Below, one piece after another: positions 32,112-43,648 of a stretch of 64,000 nt of DNA. The translations under genes were made by a program, and so were the position numbers. This DNA is from an uncultured Nitrospiraceae bacterium (GTDB lineage: Bacteria; Nitrospirota; Thermodesulfovibrionia; Thermodesulfovibrionales; Dissulfurispiraceae). The stretch is taken from positions 736,001 to 800,000 of the forward strand of contig CAVSHF010000005.1 of NCBI GenBank assembly GCA_963727805.1, read 5' to 3'. How positions within the stretch are numbered: the first letter of the stretch is position 1; every line of letters begins with the position of its first letter. The notes under the pieces were generated by a model that was not told the DNA's origin, did no database searches, and was given only the letters and a program-made list of their open reading frames with translations.

Positions 32112-33014
32112 ATGCGTAAAGAAAAAGAAATGGGGCATATCAAGCTATTATTAATTGAAGACGATCCAGCAGATACGGAGCTTTTCAAGGATATACTATC
32201 CGACATACGCCATGCGACGATAGATATCGCTTGCGCTAATCGTCTTTCATCCGCATTTAAATATCTTGAGGATGGGAGTATAGATGTAATTCTTACTGAT
32301 CTAGACCTGCCGGATAGTCACGGACTTGATACTGTGATCAATATAAATGAGAAATTTCTGGAAGTGCCGGTTATCGTATTGTCCGGTTTCGATCATGAAG
32401 ATCTGGCTATCGAGTCAGTAAAGTTAGGTGCTCAGGACTATCTCATCAAGGGACAGATCGATGCCGATCGCCTCATACGCTCAATACGTTATTCCATTGA
32501 ACGGCACCGTCTAATTCAAGAACTGAAATCACTCGCCATTAAAGACGAATTGACCGGCCTTTATAACCGGCGTGGGTTTCTGGTACTTGCCAGAAAACAG
32601 CTTGAAATGGCTGCAAGAGTCAACAAATTATTATGGTTGATTTACTTAGATATAGACAACATGAAATGGATTAACGATAATCTAGGACACAAACAAGGTG
32701 ATGAAGCATTAATTGATATGTCCGATATCCTCAAACATACATTTCGTGAATCCGACATTATTGCCCGCATAGGAGGCGACGAATTTGCAATTGTTGCACT
32801 GAATGAATTTGAGCCAGATTCTCATAAGATGGTTGCACGCATTCGGGACAACACCACGAACTTCAATGCACATGGGGGACGGGCTTATAAATTATCGGTC
32901 AGCACAGGATTGGTAGCCTGTGATTCCGTACCTGACTGCAACATTAATGAATTACTATCCATAGCAGATAAATTTATGTATGAAGAAAAAAAGAGCAAGA
33001 AAAACGCAACTTGA
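32112..33014 (+). CDS. Response regulator diguanylate cyclase (REC-GGDEF)
   Basis: LIEDD...DLDLPD...YLIK; DELTGLYNRR; I-site RESD; intact GGDEF. Confidence 0.93.
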   Translation: MRKEKEMGHIKLLLIEDDPADTELFKDILSDIRHATIDIACANRLSSAFKYLEDGSIDVILTDLDLPDSHGLDTVININEKFLEVPVIVLSGFDHEDLAIESVKLGAQDYLIKGQIDADRLIRSIRYSIERHRLIQELKSLAIKDELTGLYNRRGFLVLARKQLEMAARVNKLLWLIYLDIDNMKWINDNLGHKQGDEALIDMSDILKHTFRESDIIARIGGDEFAIVALNEFEPDSHKMVARIRDNTTNFNAHGGRAYKLSVSTGLVACDSVPDCNINELLSIADKFMYEEKKSKKNAT

Positions 33015-33262
33015 TGCCAACCGCTGAAGCGCTCTGGTCGCCTATATCACTCATTTATCTTTGGAAGGCTAAAATATGAAGTTGCACCCCGAAACATCCG
33101 AAGCGCCTGCCAACCAGGAGGGCGCGCACACTCCGACCAGAGACGCCCCGGTTAGGTTCACCTACCGGATATTCCCGTCGTCATTGAGGGTTCAATAGCC
33201 TACAGGAGCGAAATCGTAGCGGGTGGTGTAGCGTCAAGCCCGGTTTCCCCCTCTGCCCGTGA

Positions 33263-34534
33263 ATGTCCGAGTTCGTCGTTCTGCACTTCCACCTCAATCC
33301 GGCGCACCTGGAGGGCTGGATCAGCCGTTGTGTGTCGGCCTACGTCAAGTGGGAGATCGCATCATTCTTCCAGATTGACGAGGAGAGCGTAAAGAAGCAT
33401 CTTGGAGAGATCGTCAAGGGGACGGTCCAGGAGACATTGAACAAGCTTTTGGACGAAGAGGCGGCGAGGCTCTGTAATGCGCAAAAGTATGAGCGGACAG
33501 ATGCCCGAGAAGATAGTCGAGCGGGCCATTATAAAAGGTCACTTCATACGACAGCAGGGGAAGTTGAAATAAAGATGCCGAAGCTAAGGACACTACCGTT
33601 TGAGACGGCGATTATAGATCGGTACCGGCGGAGGCAGTCATCTGTTGAGGAAGCGCTCGTAGAGATGTACCTTGCTGGAGTGTCGGTAAGAAGAGTCGAA
33701 GACATTACCGAAGCGCTCTGGGGTACAAAGGTAAGTCCTGGGACAGTATCGAATCTGAATGCGAAGATATACAAGACGATAGAGGCATGGCGACAGAGGC
33801 CGATAGAAGGGACGTATCCTTATGTATATCTTGACGGCATAGCTCTGAAGCGCAGCTGGGGCGGAGAAGTAGGGAATGTCGCAGTTCTTGTTGCGATAGG
33901 AGTCGATCAAGCAGGATATCGGCATATATTAGGTGTAGCCGAAGGGGCGAAAGAAGACAAAGCAAGCTGGAGCTCCTTTTTGAAGTACTTGAAAGAGAGA
34001 GGACTCAAGGGAGTGGAGTTATTCATAACGGACAAGTGCCTCGGACTGGTAGAGTCATTGGTAGAGTTTTATCCTAAAGCGTTATGGCAGCGGTGTGTCG
34101 TGCATTTCTATCGGAACGTTTTTACTGTCGTACCAAAAGGGAAGATAAAAGAAGTTGTGGCTATGGTGAAAGCGATCCATGCTCAAGAGGATAAAGGTGA
34201 AGCAATGAGGAAGGCAACGGTCGTAGCTGAGAAACTTCGTGGCATGAAATTGAGCCGTGCCGCAGAAATAGTACGAGAGGGCATAGAAGAGACGTTGAGG
34301 TATTACAGATTCCCAAGAGAGCACTGGCTTCGAATAAGGACGAATAATCCTCTTGAAAGAATCATGAAAGAGATCAGGCGGAGGACATCAGTTGTCGGAT
34401 GCTTTCCCGATGGCAATTCTGCACTGATGCTGGTAGCAGCACGGCTTCGACATATAGCCGGGACCAAGTGGGGGTTAAAGCAGTATCTCAAGATGGATCG
34501 CCTTACCGACCAGGCGAAGGAATCAGCTGCATAA
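33263..34534 (+). CDS. IS256-family DDE transposase (chimeric N-terminus)
   Basis: MYLAGVSVRRV, YVYLDG, ITDK, WQRCVVHF, TNNPLERIMKEIRRR. Confidence 0.9.
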   Translation: MSEFVVLHFHLNPAHLEGWISRCVSAYVKWEIASFFQIDEESVKKHLGEIVKGTVQETLNKLLDEEAARLCNAQKYERTDAREDSRAGHYKRSLHTTAGEVEIKMPKLRTLPFETAIIDRYRRRQSSVEEALVEMYLAGVSVRRVEDITEALWGTKVSPGTVSNLNAKIYKTIEAWRQRPIEGTYPYVYLDGIALKRSWGGEVGNVAVLVAIGVDQAGYRHILGVAEGAKEDKASWSSFLKYLKERGLKGVELFITDKCLGLVESLVEFYPKALWQRCVVHFYRNVFTVVPKGKIKEVVAMVKAIHAQEDKGEAMRKATVVAEKLRGMKLSRAAEIVREGIEETLRYYRFPREHWLRIRTNNPLERIMKEIRRRTSVVGCFPDGNSALMLVAARLRHIAGTKWGLKQYLKMDRLTDQAKESAA

Positions 34535-34595
34535 TAACTGAGGATGCCAGATTGAAGACACCAAAACAAATGTGCGAAAGATTCTTGACACTATC
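33372..34595 (+). mobile_element. IS256-family element with its left end deleted
   Basis: Transposase; right IR-like end ...AAAGATTCTTGACACTATC; direct repeat TTCTTCC at 33365-33371 and 34596-34602. Confidence 0.85.
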
Positions 34596-34685
34596 TTCTT
34601 CCCCTCTCTCAGTCTTTCTTCAGCCTGGTTGCGGAGCGCTGTAGCATCGGGGACAGGTTCTTGTCCTTCTTCATTACGCTTTTGT

Positions 34686-37682
34686 CTAGCCCTTGTCACG
34701 TCCCGGCAGGGGCTGGCGGTCGGTGATGTCCTCGACAATGACGCCGAAGCGGTCGGGGCTTTCCCCGGATCGGAAGACATTGCAGTGGTAGAGTCTTCCA
34801 GTCGGCTTGTGGCACATGTCAAAGCTGCTCGAGACCCCAGTTACGGCCACTTGCCCGAATGCCTTAATCCAGCTCGCTTCTGTGCCGGGCCAAACTTCAT
34901 GGACCGTCTTGCCCCGCACTTCAGCGTTCTTTACACCCGTAATCTGCTCATACGCCTTGTTGACAAAGACAAACCGGGAACTGATAAAATTGCCATCCTC
35001 ATCAAGTACTGATTCAAACAATCCGAATCCGCTGGGCATGTTCTCAAAGAGTGATTTCAGAACACGTTCTCTTTCCCAGAGCGCTGCCTCCAGTTTCTTT
35101 GCAATACTAATGTCCGTAAAAGTGAGCACTAAGCCGTCAATCCGGTTTTCCAGCGTACGGTAGGGCATGATGCGCACCAGAAACCAGCGTCCGTCATTGG
35201 TTGCAATCGGTTTCTCTATGAAGACCAAGGTACGCAGCACCTCCTGGGCATCCATGACTAGTCCGGGGTAGTCCAAGGCTGTGACAATGTCGGTGATGGG
35301 TCGGCCCGCGTCAGAGGCAATCAGCTTGATGATTCGGGCGGTCTGAGGAGTGAAGCGCCGCACATTGAGTGCGTCATCGAGAAACAGGGTAGCGATGTCG
35401 GTGCTATTTAGGAGGTTCTTCATGTCGTTGTTCGCCCGCGACAACTCATTCACCTTAACCTCCTGCTCATGGTTGACCGTTTGCAGTTCTTCGTTGAGCG
35501 ACTGCATCTCCTCCTTGGAGGTGGTCAATTCCTCATTGGTGCTCTGCAACTCCTCATTGGTGCTCTGCAACTCCTCGTTGGTGGATTTGAGTTCCTCCTG
35601 CGAGGTCTGCATCTCTTCGCGGGTAACCCGCAACTCTTCACGGCCCTGCTGAAGTTCTTGCTCTAACTCTCTTTGTCGGATTCTGCTGACGGAAGTCCTT
35701 TGGGATTTGTCCGGCGTTATTGTTTCGGAAGGCATGGCCACGTCAGTAAAGACGATCAACACCATACCTTGCAACGCTTCCGGCTCAGTCAATAGCTGGA
35801 CGGTGACATCGACGGTCTGCACTCCGCCGTTGGTCCCCACCTTCATGCCCTTCAGGATGACCGTACCTTTTAGCCTGAGTGCTTTTTGGAAGGCGCTGTT
35901 CAGATCAAAGCGCAGACCTTCGCGGGCCATAGCAAAGATGTTCCAATTGGCCTTGCCAGCCGCCGGTTCAAGGTACTTGCCTGTTCGGCCGTTAACATAA
36001 AGGATATCGCCCTTATCGCTTGTCAGTACGGCCGCCGGGCAATGATGCTGCAACAGAAATTGATCTGCCAGTGACTGAAAGTTGGGGACGCCTGTTCGCA
36101 CCTTTGGCTGAGTAGTCGCACCATGCGGCTCACCTGGCAGCGGAGGAATAAATGATGAGGGGAATTCAACCGGTGCTGCGCGCAGGATGGAATCGCGCCG
36201 CCGGAAAAGCCGCGTCTTACCATCCAGCGAGGCAAAGAGATCGGAAAACGCACCGACGGTCTCCGCGCTCCCTAAAAACAGGACTCCGCCGGGATTCAGG
36301 CTATAGTGAAAAAGGGGAATAAGTTTGCTTTGCAACTCCCGATCGAGATAGATAAGCAGATTGCGGCAGATCAAAAGGTCCAGCTTGGTGAAGGGTGGAT
36401 CCATTATCAAGTTCTGCGGGGCAAAAACCACCATCTCGCGGATAGCCTTACCTACCCGGTAGCTATTCTCGTCCTCCACAAAGAACCGACGCAGGCGCTC
36501 CGGTGAAACGTCCGCAGCGATGTTGGCCGGATAGACGCCCGCGCGGGCCTTGTCGATGGCGTCTCGGTCTAGATCGGTTGCAAAGACCTGAAGCGAAAAG
36601 TTCCCGATTGGCTTGACCTGCTCAAGCGCTTCTTTGAATACGATTGCCAGGGAATAGGCTTCTTCACCTGTGGAGCAACCAGGTGTCCATGCCCGCAGCA
36701 CGCCACCCTTCGGGCGGGCCGCCAGCAGAAACGGAATAACGTCTTCTTTTAGCTGCTCCCAAGCTGCAGGGTCCCGGAAAAAGCTGGTCACACCGATCAG
36801 AAGCTCTTTAAAGAGTAGCTCGACTTCCTGCGGGTTCTCCTGCAGATACCGGAAGTAAATAGCAATCTTGTCGATCTGGTGGATGCCCATGCGCCTCTCA
36901 ATCCGGCGGTATATGGTGCTCTTTTTATAGAGGGAAAAGTCTTGGCCAGTCTGCATCCTGAGAAGAATAAATATCTTTTCAAGGGCGCTCTGCGCCTTGC
37001 TCTCCAGAGATAGGTCGCGCCGGGTGACAAGAGGCGCGTAATGAAGATAACCGATAATCCTGCCAGGCAGTTCCTCCACCGGGGCAACCACATCGGCTAA
37101 TCCAGCTTCGATAGCGCTTCTGGGCATGCTGTCGAACTTGGCCGAGGTCAGTGCCTGTACGAAGACAGTCCCGGCTTTTTCCTTTATAGCCCGCAAACCG
37201 AGCGTCCCGTCTGAGCCCATGCCTGAGAGGATGACGCCTATGCTTCTGTCCTGCTGGTCATCGGCTAGGGACCGAAAAAAGAAATCAATGGGCAGACGCA
37301 TGCCTCGGGGTGCCAGCGGCACGAGAAGGTGCAGTACCCCGTGGAGGATAGACATGTCCTTGTTGGGTGGTATGACATAGACATGGTTCGGCTCGACCTT
37401 CATCCGGTCTTTGACCTGAACGATTGGCATTAATGTTGCTCGCTGGAGCAGTTCCACCATGATACCCTTGTGAGTCGGGTCTAGGTGCTGGACAATGATA
37501 AAAGCCATAGCACTTCCCGACGGCACGTTCTTCAGAAATAACTCCAAGGCTTCGAGCCCTCCCGCGGACGCCCCAATGCCGACGATGGGGAAAGCACTTT
37601 TCTCATAGCGTCCAGATACGTCTGTCGGTGATTTGCTATGCGGTTTGGGCTTACGAAGGCTGGTCTTTGACGATTTCTTCAC
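34686..37682 (-). CDS. CheB/CheR fusion with coiled coil and PAS domains
   Basis: [19 protein letters not shown] (CheB); [25 protein letters not shown] (CheR); EELQSTN heptads; PAS. Confidence 0.93.
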   Translation of the reverse strand: MKKSSKTSLRKPKPHSKSPTDVSGRYEKSAFPIVGIGASAGGLEALELFLKNVPSGSAMAFIIVQHLDPTHKGIMVELLQRATLMPIVQVKDRMKVEPNHVYVIPPNKDMSILHGVLHLLVPLAPRGMRLPIDFFFRSLADDQQDRSIGVILSGMGSDGTLGLRAIKEKAGTVFVQALTSAKFDSMPRSAIEAGLADVVAPVEELPGRIIGYLHYAPLVTRRDLSLESKAQSALEKIFILLRMQTGQDFSLYKKSTIYRRIERRMGIHQIDKIAIYFRYLQENPQEVELLFKELLIGVTSFFRDPAAWEQLKEDVIPFLLAARPKGGVLRAWTPGCSTGEEAYSLAIVFKEALEQVKPIGNFSLQVFATDLDRDAIDKARAGVYPANIAADVSPERLRRFFVEDENSYRVGKAIREMVVFAPQNLIMDPPFTKLDLLICRNLLIYLDRELQSKLIPLFHYSLNPGGVLFLGSAETVGAFSDLFASLDGKTRLFRRRDSILRAAPVEFPSSFIPPLPGEPHGATTQPKVRTGVPNFQSLADQFLLQHHCPAAVLTSDKGDILYVNGRTGKYLEPAAGKANWNIFAMAREGLRFDLNSAFQKALRLKGTVILKGMKVGTNGGVQTVDVTVQLLTEPEALQGMVLIVFTDVAMPSETITPDKSQRTSVSRIRQRELEQELQQGREELRVTREEMQTSQEELKSTNEELQSTNEELQSTNEELTTSKEEMQSLNEELQTVNHEQEVKVNELSRANNDMKNLLNSTDIATLFLDDALNVRRFTPQTARIIKLIASDAGRPITDIVTALDYPGLVMDAQEVLRTLVFIEKPIATNDGRWFLVRIMPYRTLENRIDGLVLTFTDISIAKKLEAALWERERVLKSLFENMPSGFGLFESVLDEDGNFISSRFVFVNKAYEQITGVKNAEVRGKTVHEVWPGTEASWIKAFGQVAVTGVSSSFDMCHKPTGRLYHCNVFRSGESPDRFGVIVEDITDRQPLPGRDKG

Positions 37683-38708
37683 AGTTCCTCTCTTTCGTCT
37701 AGAAACAAACGGGAGATGTCTAGGACATTGGCCCTATGTACTGCAGAGAAGGACTTACAGGCATTGGGCCAATCCATTTTGCCATTCATTAGTTGCTCCA
37801 GTGTTTCACCCTTCACATTTCAAATATGCCAACAATAAAACAATAGTTGTCTAATCATATCATTAAAGAGGATGTGATTAGAAGGTTTTCATCCACTTTC
37901 TATAGTTTCCTACCGAATACCTTAACAGCGTACAGTACCCCCCACTGTTAATGTCTTCACATCGTTTTGTAGACTCAGATGGGGATTCATTGCATAAAGT
38001 CGTGACAATATTTACAGCAGCCAGTTGCATTCTGCGCTTCATAGCGAAACAATTTCACCAACCGAGAAGTCAGACAGATGACAGTTTGAACAATCAAAAC
38101 ACTCCTCCCTCTTATGATCCATGCGCCCAGTCAGTTCGTGGTACCGCTGAGAAAGCCCGAACACCTCATGGGGTTTCTTGTCTGCTTTCATGGAGCTACT
38201 TGCAAAGCAGGTACACTTTTGTCAGAGGAAGTGCATTATTCTGGCTGATGTGTGAGACGTTGCAACTCAGGCGCAAACCGCCTGCTATCTGAGACTAGTG
38301 GACTTCCAAAAGGTCAATTCTATGCACCGATAGAGAATTTGCAAAGCAGAGAATTAACTCGATAAGAGTGAAAATCAAGATTCTTTTAACCGACAACCAC
38401 AATAAATATAGTATTTCAAAAGGATATACCTCTTTGAAGACAGACTTTCAAATCCAGGTCCATATTTTGTCTCTTTCCAAGGGATCTCTGATATACATTG
38501 GAGCATGACAAAACTGAGATTTATAGTAAACAAAGCACCCCATTCATCGGTAAAGTCAGCTGCAGCACTTCGGGTAGATGGTAGCTTACTTCACGCTGCT
38601 TCCTCTTCACACTCCTCAATCGTGATATAATTATGATTGTTGCACTCTACAATCATGAGTGTCTAAAGCCTTTGATGTTTGTCCCGACCAACGTCTCAGG
38701 GAGAATCG

Positions 38709-38918
38709 ATGGAAGAGTTTGCCTTGGATAACAGTGAATTTATCGAATTGAATAGCCTGTTGAAAGTCATGGGACTGTGCGACAGCGGAGGTATGGCTAA
38801 AGCGGCGATTTCAGAAGGGCATGTCACGGTTGATAGCAACGTGGAACTACGCAAGCGCTGCAAAATACGCAAAGATCAGATTATTGAATATAAAGGGCAT
38901 AAGATAGTTGTAAAATAA
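38709..38918 (+). CDS. S4-domain RNA-binding protein (YbcJ/YaaA-like)
   Basis: FIELNSLLK...SGGMAK...VELRKRCKIR. Confidence 0.85.
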   Translation: MEEFALDNSEFIELNSLLKVMGLCDSGGMAKAAISEGHVTVDSNVELRKRCKIRKDQIIEYKGHKIVVK

Positions 38919-38980
38919 TGGAACTGATGTCCAAATCATTTTAATGCATATTAATCAGCCTATGACTGAACAACTCATAT

Positions 38981-39751
38981 TCAAAGACTATCGCAGGGTT
39001 CTGCAATCGTCAATGTATCCCGGCCGTAGATAGATCTGACTTCGTCCGTATAACTACCGTCACCTTTGTACAAGTAAAGCGGCCTATCGACTTTAAGCCC
39101 TGGTTTCCCTTCTTTCACTGCCTCAATAAGCACCATCTTGGCCTGGGATGTTTCGTTCGAATGGACGAAGCGCAAGCGCTTCGGTTCGAGATAATGCTGC
39201 CTCATAGTATCTAGCACCTCGGCGAGCCGTTCCGGCAGATGTATAATGCAGAGCCTGCCGTGATGCAACAAGAGTGAAAGCGCCGATTTCATGAGGGCCG
39301 CAATGGGCAGGTGTATTTCATGTCTCGCCAACGCCCGTTCGTCGGAAGGACTGGTTAGACCTGTCTTCGTCTTTCTGAATGGCGGATTTGCAACCACAAG
39401 GTCGTACGAGTGCAGAACATTGCTTCCAGTCTTCCCAGATTCCCCGTTCGAAAAGAGTCCCTTGATATCGGCATGCACAACTAGCACCCTTTCATCGAGT
39501 CCGTTGAGGGCCGCGTTCTTTTCGGCGAGTTTAACGAGACCTTCCTGGAGTTCGATGAGAGTTACTTGTGCTAAAGGATATTTCCTTGCGAGAAGAAGAC
39601 CGATTATACCGGACCCTGCTCCCAAATCGGCGATCTTCTTTATGCGCGGACTCGTGACAAATGATGAGAGCAGCACTGCGTCGGAAGAAAAGCGATAGCC
39701 TTCTTTGTGCTGATAGAGCTGGATGCTGAGGATTGAATCAAGTGTCAGCAT
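38981..39751 (-). CDS. tRNA1(Val) m6A37 methyltransferase-like protein (YfiC family)
   Basis: GYRFSSDAVLL, DLGAGSG, NPPF, ARHE, PKRLRFVH. Confidence 0.85.
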   Translation of the reverse strand: MLTLDSILSIQLYQHKEGYRFSSDAVLLSSFVTSPRIKKIADLGAGSGIIGLLLARKYPLAQVTLIELQEGLVKLAEKNAALNGLDERVLVVHADIKGLFSNGESGKTGSNVLHSYDLVVANPPFRKTKTGLTSPSDERALARHEIHLPIAALMKSALSLLLHHGRLCIIHLPERLAEVLDTMRQHYLEPKRLRFVHSNETSQAKMVLIEAVKEGKPGLKVDRPLYLYKGDGSYTDEVRSIYGRDTLTIAEPCDSL

Positions 39752-39788
39752 TCTTTATACCTACGCACCGGCGAACCAGCGCACCGGC

Positions 39789-40847
39789 TTACTCCTCCTT
39801 AATCAAATCCATCAATGCTTCCAGTAATTCACTTTCCTTTACCCTACGAACAACCTCGCCTTTCCTGAACAGAAGTCCCATGCCCTTGCCTCCGGCGATT
39901 CCGAAGTCAGCCGCACGCGCCTCACCAGGGCCGTTTACGACGCATCCCATGACGGCTACCGAAATCGGACGCTCGACCGATCGGAGTGCACGTTCAACTT
40001 CCTGCGCTATCGGGCGCAGATCAACTTGGCAGCGGCCACAGGTCGGACACGATATGATCTCGGCACCACGCCTTCTGATACCGAGCGATCGAAGGATCTC
40101 ATATGCGACGCGGACCTCTTCTTCAGGTTCGGCAGTAAGGGATACGCGCATGGTGTCACCGATTCCTTCCGACAGCAAAATACCGAGCCCGACAGCGCTC
40201 TTGATAGCGCCCGGAATGGTTGGCCCAGTTTCGGTAATACCGATGTGGACCGGGTAGTCGTAACGTTCTGAAAAGATTCGGTATGCGTCAACCGTCATCA
40301 TTACATTTGAAGCCTTGAGCGAGATCTTGATGTCGTGGAACTTCAGATCTTCGAGTATTCTGATATGTCCTTCAGCACTCTCAACGATAGCCTCAGGCGT
40401 AGGATGTCCATATTTCTCCAGAAGATATTTTTCGAGAGATCCGGCGTTGACGCCGATCCGAATTGGCACGCTGCGCTCCTGCGCCGCGGCAACAACCTCT
40501 TTGACCTTCCATGACGCGCCGATGTTGCCAGGATTCAGCCGCAGGCCGTCCATGCCCTGTCTAAGCGCTTCCAGCGCAAGCTTCCAGTCGAAATGTATAT
40601 CGGCTATCATCGGGATGTCTACCTGCTGTTTGATCGCGCCAAGTGCCCTTGCCGCGTCTTCATCGATTACTGCCAGTCGGATAATCTCGCAGCCGGCAGC
40701 CTCAAGCGATTTAATCTGTGCAATCGTTGCAGACACGTTCCTCGTATCAGTCTTAGTCATAGATTGGACCGATATGAGGCTGCTACCACCTATAGGAACG
40801 CTCCCGATATGTATCTGCCTTGTCTCTTTCCGTTTAATCATTATCAT
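39789..40847 (-). CDS. ispG: HMBPP synthase
   Basis: VQSMT, ADIHF, RLNPGNIG, RIGVNAGS, CPTCGR, MGCVVNGPGE. Confidence 0.96.
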   Translation of the reverse strand: MIMIKRKETRQIHIGSVPIGGSSLISVQSMTKTDTRNVSATIAQIKSLEAAGCEIIRLAVIDEDAARALGAIKQQVDIPMIADIHFDWKLALEALRQGMDGLRLNPGNIGASWKVKEVVAAAQERSVPIRIGVNAGSLEKYLLEKYGHPTPEAIVESAEGHIRILEDLKFHDIKISLKASNVMMTVDAYRIFSERYDYPVHIGITETGPTIPGAIKSAVGLGILLSEGIGDTMRVSLTAEPEEEVRVAYEILRSLGIRRRGAEIISCPTCGRCQVDLRPIAQEVERALRSVERPISVAVMGCVVNGPGEARAADFGIAGGKGMGLLFRKGEVVRRVKESELLEALMDLIKEE

Positions 40848-41856
40848 GACTGATCCTTGTCCCGCGCTGCGCAGCAGAAGGTCTCACCTTTCTTATCGCG
40901 ACATTATGCTCCGCGAGGGAAGATGTAAAGATATGAGTTCCGTCCCCGCGGGCGACAAAATAGATATAAGGAACCCTGGCCGGGAAAAGAGCGGCCGTGA
41001 TCGATTTCAAGCCCGGTGATGCAATGGGCCCCGGCGGCAGCCCCTTTATGACATACGTATTGTATGGAGTTTTATTTCTAAGATCGCTGCTTATTATTTT
41101 AGTTTTGCTGCTCTTGACGCCGTAAATAGCTGTGGGATCTGCTTGGAGCGGCATGTCCATCTTCAGTCTGTTGTGATAGACGGCCGAAATAACGGGCCTC
41201 TCTTCATCCGTCTGGGCCTCTTTCTCGATAATCGAAGCAAGGGTCAGAATATCGTTCTCGCTCCATCCAATCTGCTGCATCCTACTCTTGATTTCATCGG
41301 TGTAAGATTCCCTCAGTTTCCCAACCATAAGTCTGATGATGTCGCCGGGCCGGGCTCCTTTGGGAAGCTTGTAAGTCTGGGGGAACAGGTAGCCTTCGAT
41401 GCTTGGGGAATTGATCTTCAGTGACTCCAGCATCGATCCTTCCCGCGCAAGCGCATAAAATGTGTCAGCAGCAACAAAATTTTTCGCGGCTAGTTTTTCG
41501 GAGATTTCGAGCAGACTATCACCTTCAACGATCGTAATCTCATACTCGATGATCTTCCCGTTTCGCAACTGCTGGAACACATCGAAGGGAGATATCCCCC
41601 CCCAGAAACGGTAGTACCCCGCGCGCATCTTTCTATCCACTCCAGTGATAGTGCCGAGGACACGAAAGAGGAATTTATCCCGGATCAGTTTATTCCCGGC
41701 TAAAATGTCTATTGCATTCGTGTAGGTCGCACCATGGGGTATCTCAATCTCTATGGGGGCAGCACCGTTATAAATCGGAAGGAACAATTGAACCAAGATA
41801 TAAAGAGGGGCTATTAAAAATATCGCGGCCAGAATATGTCGTGTCGATTTTTGCAT
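40834..41856 (-). CDS. mltG: Endolytic transglycosylase MltG
   Basis: EGYLFPQTY, ASIIEKE, LQADPT, YNTY, GLPPGPI; start moved to the ATG 41856. Confidence 0.93.
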   Translation of the reverse strand: MQKSTRHILAAIFLIAPLYILVQLFLPIYNGAAPIEIEIPHGATYTNAIDILAGNKLIRDKFLFRVLGTITGVDRKMRAGYYRFWGGISPFDVFQQLRNGKIIEYEITIVEGDSLLEISEKLAAKNFVAADTFYALAREGSMLESLKINSPSIEGYLFPQTYKLPKGARPGDIIRLMVGKLRESYTDEIKSRMQQIGWSENDILTLASIIEKEAQTDEERPVISAVYHNRLKMDMPLQADPTAIYGVKSSKTKIISSDLRNKTPYNTYVIKGLPPGPIASPGLKSITAALFPARVPYIYFVARGDGTHIFTSSLAEHNVAIRKVRPSAAQRGTRISHDND

Positions 41857-41885
41857 ATATTTAGAATAACACACTCATTTAGGCT

Positions 41886-41925
41886 GAAAACAGAAGCAGC
41901 AGGCGTTGTTATCTCGCCTGCTGCT
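41886..41925 (-). terminator. Terminator after groL
   Basis: 11-bp stem agcagcaggcg/cgcctgctgct followed by tctgtttt on the minus strand. Confidence 0.7.
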
Positions 41926-41991
41926 ATCATTGTTTCTAATAAATGTCAGTAGAAGCGCGTCGCAACACCCTCCTACTTCCGTCTTCTTCTT

Positions 41992-43626
41992 TTAATACAT
42001 GTCACCCATTCCGCCGCCCGGCATAGAAGGCATCATTTTCTTGTCTTCTTCGGGAATCTCGGTGATCATCACTTCAGTCGTGAGCATAAGGCCCGCAACA
42101 GATGCGGCGTTCTGAAGAGCAGTCCTCGTCACTTTCGTCGGGTCGATGATACCTGCCTTTATCATATCGGTAAACTCTTCCCGATATGCGTCATAGCCGT
42201 AGTTGATATCCTTGGACGCTTTCACCTTCTCGGCGATGATCGAACTCTCCAGTCCAGCGTTTGCGACAATCTGTCTGATCGGCTCTTCAAGCGATTTTTT
42301 AACTATATTAACACCGATCTGCTGGTCGTGATCAAGTTTCGTTTTATCAAGGGACTTGATACATCTGATCAGTGCGACACCACCGCCTGGGACGATACCT
42401 TCCTCAACGGCTGCTCGTGTTGCATGGAGGGCGTCTTCGACGCGGGCTTTCTTTTCTTTCATCTCAGCTTCAGTAGCTGCGCCAACATTGATGACTGCAA
42501 CGCCGCCTACAAGTTTGGCGAGCCTTTCCTGAAGTTTCTCTCTATCATAATCGGAGGTGGTTTCTTCGACCTGGGCCTTAATCTGCTTTACCCTGCCCTG
42601 GATCTTGGCCGGATCGCCGGCGCCTTCGACGATAGTAGTGTTTTCCTTATCGACGGTGATCTTGCGTGCTCTTCCAAGATCGGGAAGCTTTACGTTCTCA
42701 AGCTTGAGACCAAGGTCTTCAGTGATGACTTGCCCTCCCGTAAGGACTGCGATATCTTCGAGCATAGCCTTCCTTCTGTCTCCAAAACCGGGAGCCTTTA
42801 CTGCGCACACTTGAATGGTACCGCGGAGCTTGTTAACTACGAGAGTCGCAAGCGCTTCGCCTTCGACATCCTCGGCAACGATGAGGAGAGGTTTGCCCAT
42901 CTTGGCGGTCTGCTCAAGAATCGGAAGGAGGTCTTTCATGCTAGATACTTTCTTGTCGTGGATAAGGACAAAGGCATCGTCGAGTACACATTCCATCCTG
43001 TCTGCATCGGTAATGAGGTATGGAGACACATAACCCCTGTCAAACTGCATACCTTCGACAACTTCGAGGGCAGTCGCCATACTCTTCGCTTCTTCAACGG
43101 TAATAACGCCGTCCTTTCCGACCTTGTCCATCGCCTCTGCGATAAGCTCTCCGATCGAGGGGTCGTTATTGGCGGAGATAGTACCGACTTGAGCGATCTC
43201 CTTCTTCTCGGCAACGGTCTTGGACATCGTCTTCAGCTCGGCAATGACTATATCGACTGCCTTGTCGATACCCCTCTTGATGTCGATGGAGTTAGCGCCT
43301 GCCGTTACATATTTCATGCCGTCTTTGTAAATAGCATAGGCCAGAACAGTTGCAGTAGTAGTCCCGTCGCCTGCCACATCGGAGGTCTTTGAAGCAACCT
43401 CTCTCAGGAGCTGGGCTCCCATATTCTCATATGGGTCCTTAAGCTCGATTTCTTTTGCTACGGTAACACCGTCTTTGGTAATGGTCGGTGCGCCGAATTT
43501 CTTGTCGATAATGACGTTCCTTCCCCTGGGGCCGAGGGTGGCCTTAACGGCATCGCTGAGAACGGTAATTCCCCTCAGGATTTGTTGCCTTGCGACATCG
43601 CCAAATAAAAGCTGTTTTGCTGACAT
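41992..43626 (-). CDS. groL: Chaperonin GroEL
   Basis: [29 protein letters not shown]-type tail. Confidence 0.98.
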   Translation of the reverse strand: MSAKQLLFGDVARQQILRGITVLSDAVKATLGPRGRNVIIDKKFGAPTITKDGVTVAKEIELKDPYENMGAQLLREVASKTSDVAGDGTTTATVLAYAIYKDGMKYVTAGANSIDIKRGIDKAVDIVIAELKTMSKTVAEKKEIAQVGTISANNDPSIGELIAEAMDKVGKDGVITVEEAKSMATALEVVEGMQFDRGYVSPYLITDADRMECVLDDAFVLIHDKKVSSMKDLLPILEQTAKMGKPLLIVAEDVEGEALATLVVNKLRGTIQVCAVKAPGFGDRRKAMLEDIAVLTGGQVITEDLGLKLENVKLPDLGRARKITVDKENTTIVEGAGDPAKIQGRVKQIKAQVEETTSDYDREKLQERLAKLVGGVAVINVGAATEAEMKEKKARVEDALHATRAAVEEGIVPGGGVALIRCIKSLDKTKLDHDQQIGVNIVKKSLEEPIRQIVANAGLESSIIAEKVKASKDINYGYDAYREEFTDMIKAGIIDPTKVTRTALQNAASVAGLMLTTEVMITEIPEEDKKMMPSMPGGGMGDMY

Positions 43627-43648
43627 AGTTGTAGTATCCTCCTATTCC

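Larger units (their letters stand above)
33091..34674 (-). pseudogene. PAS sensor pseudogene split by the IS (pieces 34596-34674 and 33091-33371)
   Basis: Rejoined across the IS it reads LRNQAEERLREGK|NDAISHLT*ADTQRLI / LQVRRIEVEVQNDEL / RYDFAPVGY*TL...VNLTGASLVG / LLVGRRFGCF, with frameshifts and stops. Confidence 0.8.

Noticed and set aside
33227..33250. TGTAGCGTCAAG as a candidate left IR of the IS256
   Set aside because: Only a short partial match to the right end. It lies inside the PAS pseudogene sequence, and the direct repeat places the junction at 33371.
35520..35600. 21-bp tandem repeats
   Set aside because: They encode the EELQSTN heptads normal in CheB/CheR fusions; there are no spacers, so this is not CRISPR.
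37951..38292. 113-aa ORF in the long intergenic gap upstream of cheB/cheR
   Set aside because: No SD and no recognisable protein character; no c-di-GMP or other riboswitch consensus was found in this gap either.
38368..38400. VKIKILLTDNH, resembling a response-regulator N-terminus
   Set aside because: Only about 10 residues; the similarity does not continue.
42328..43392. 354-aa plus-strand ORF
   Set aside because: It lies wholly antisense to groL and has no motifs; a typical shadow ORF. The same applies to most short overlapping ORFs in the track.
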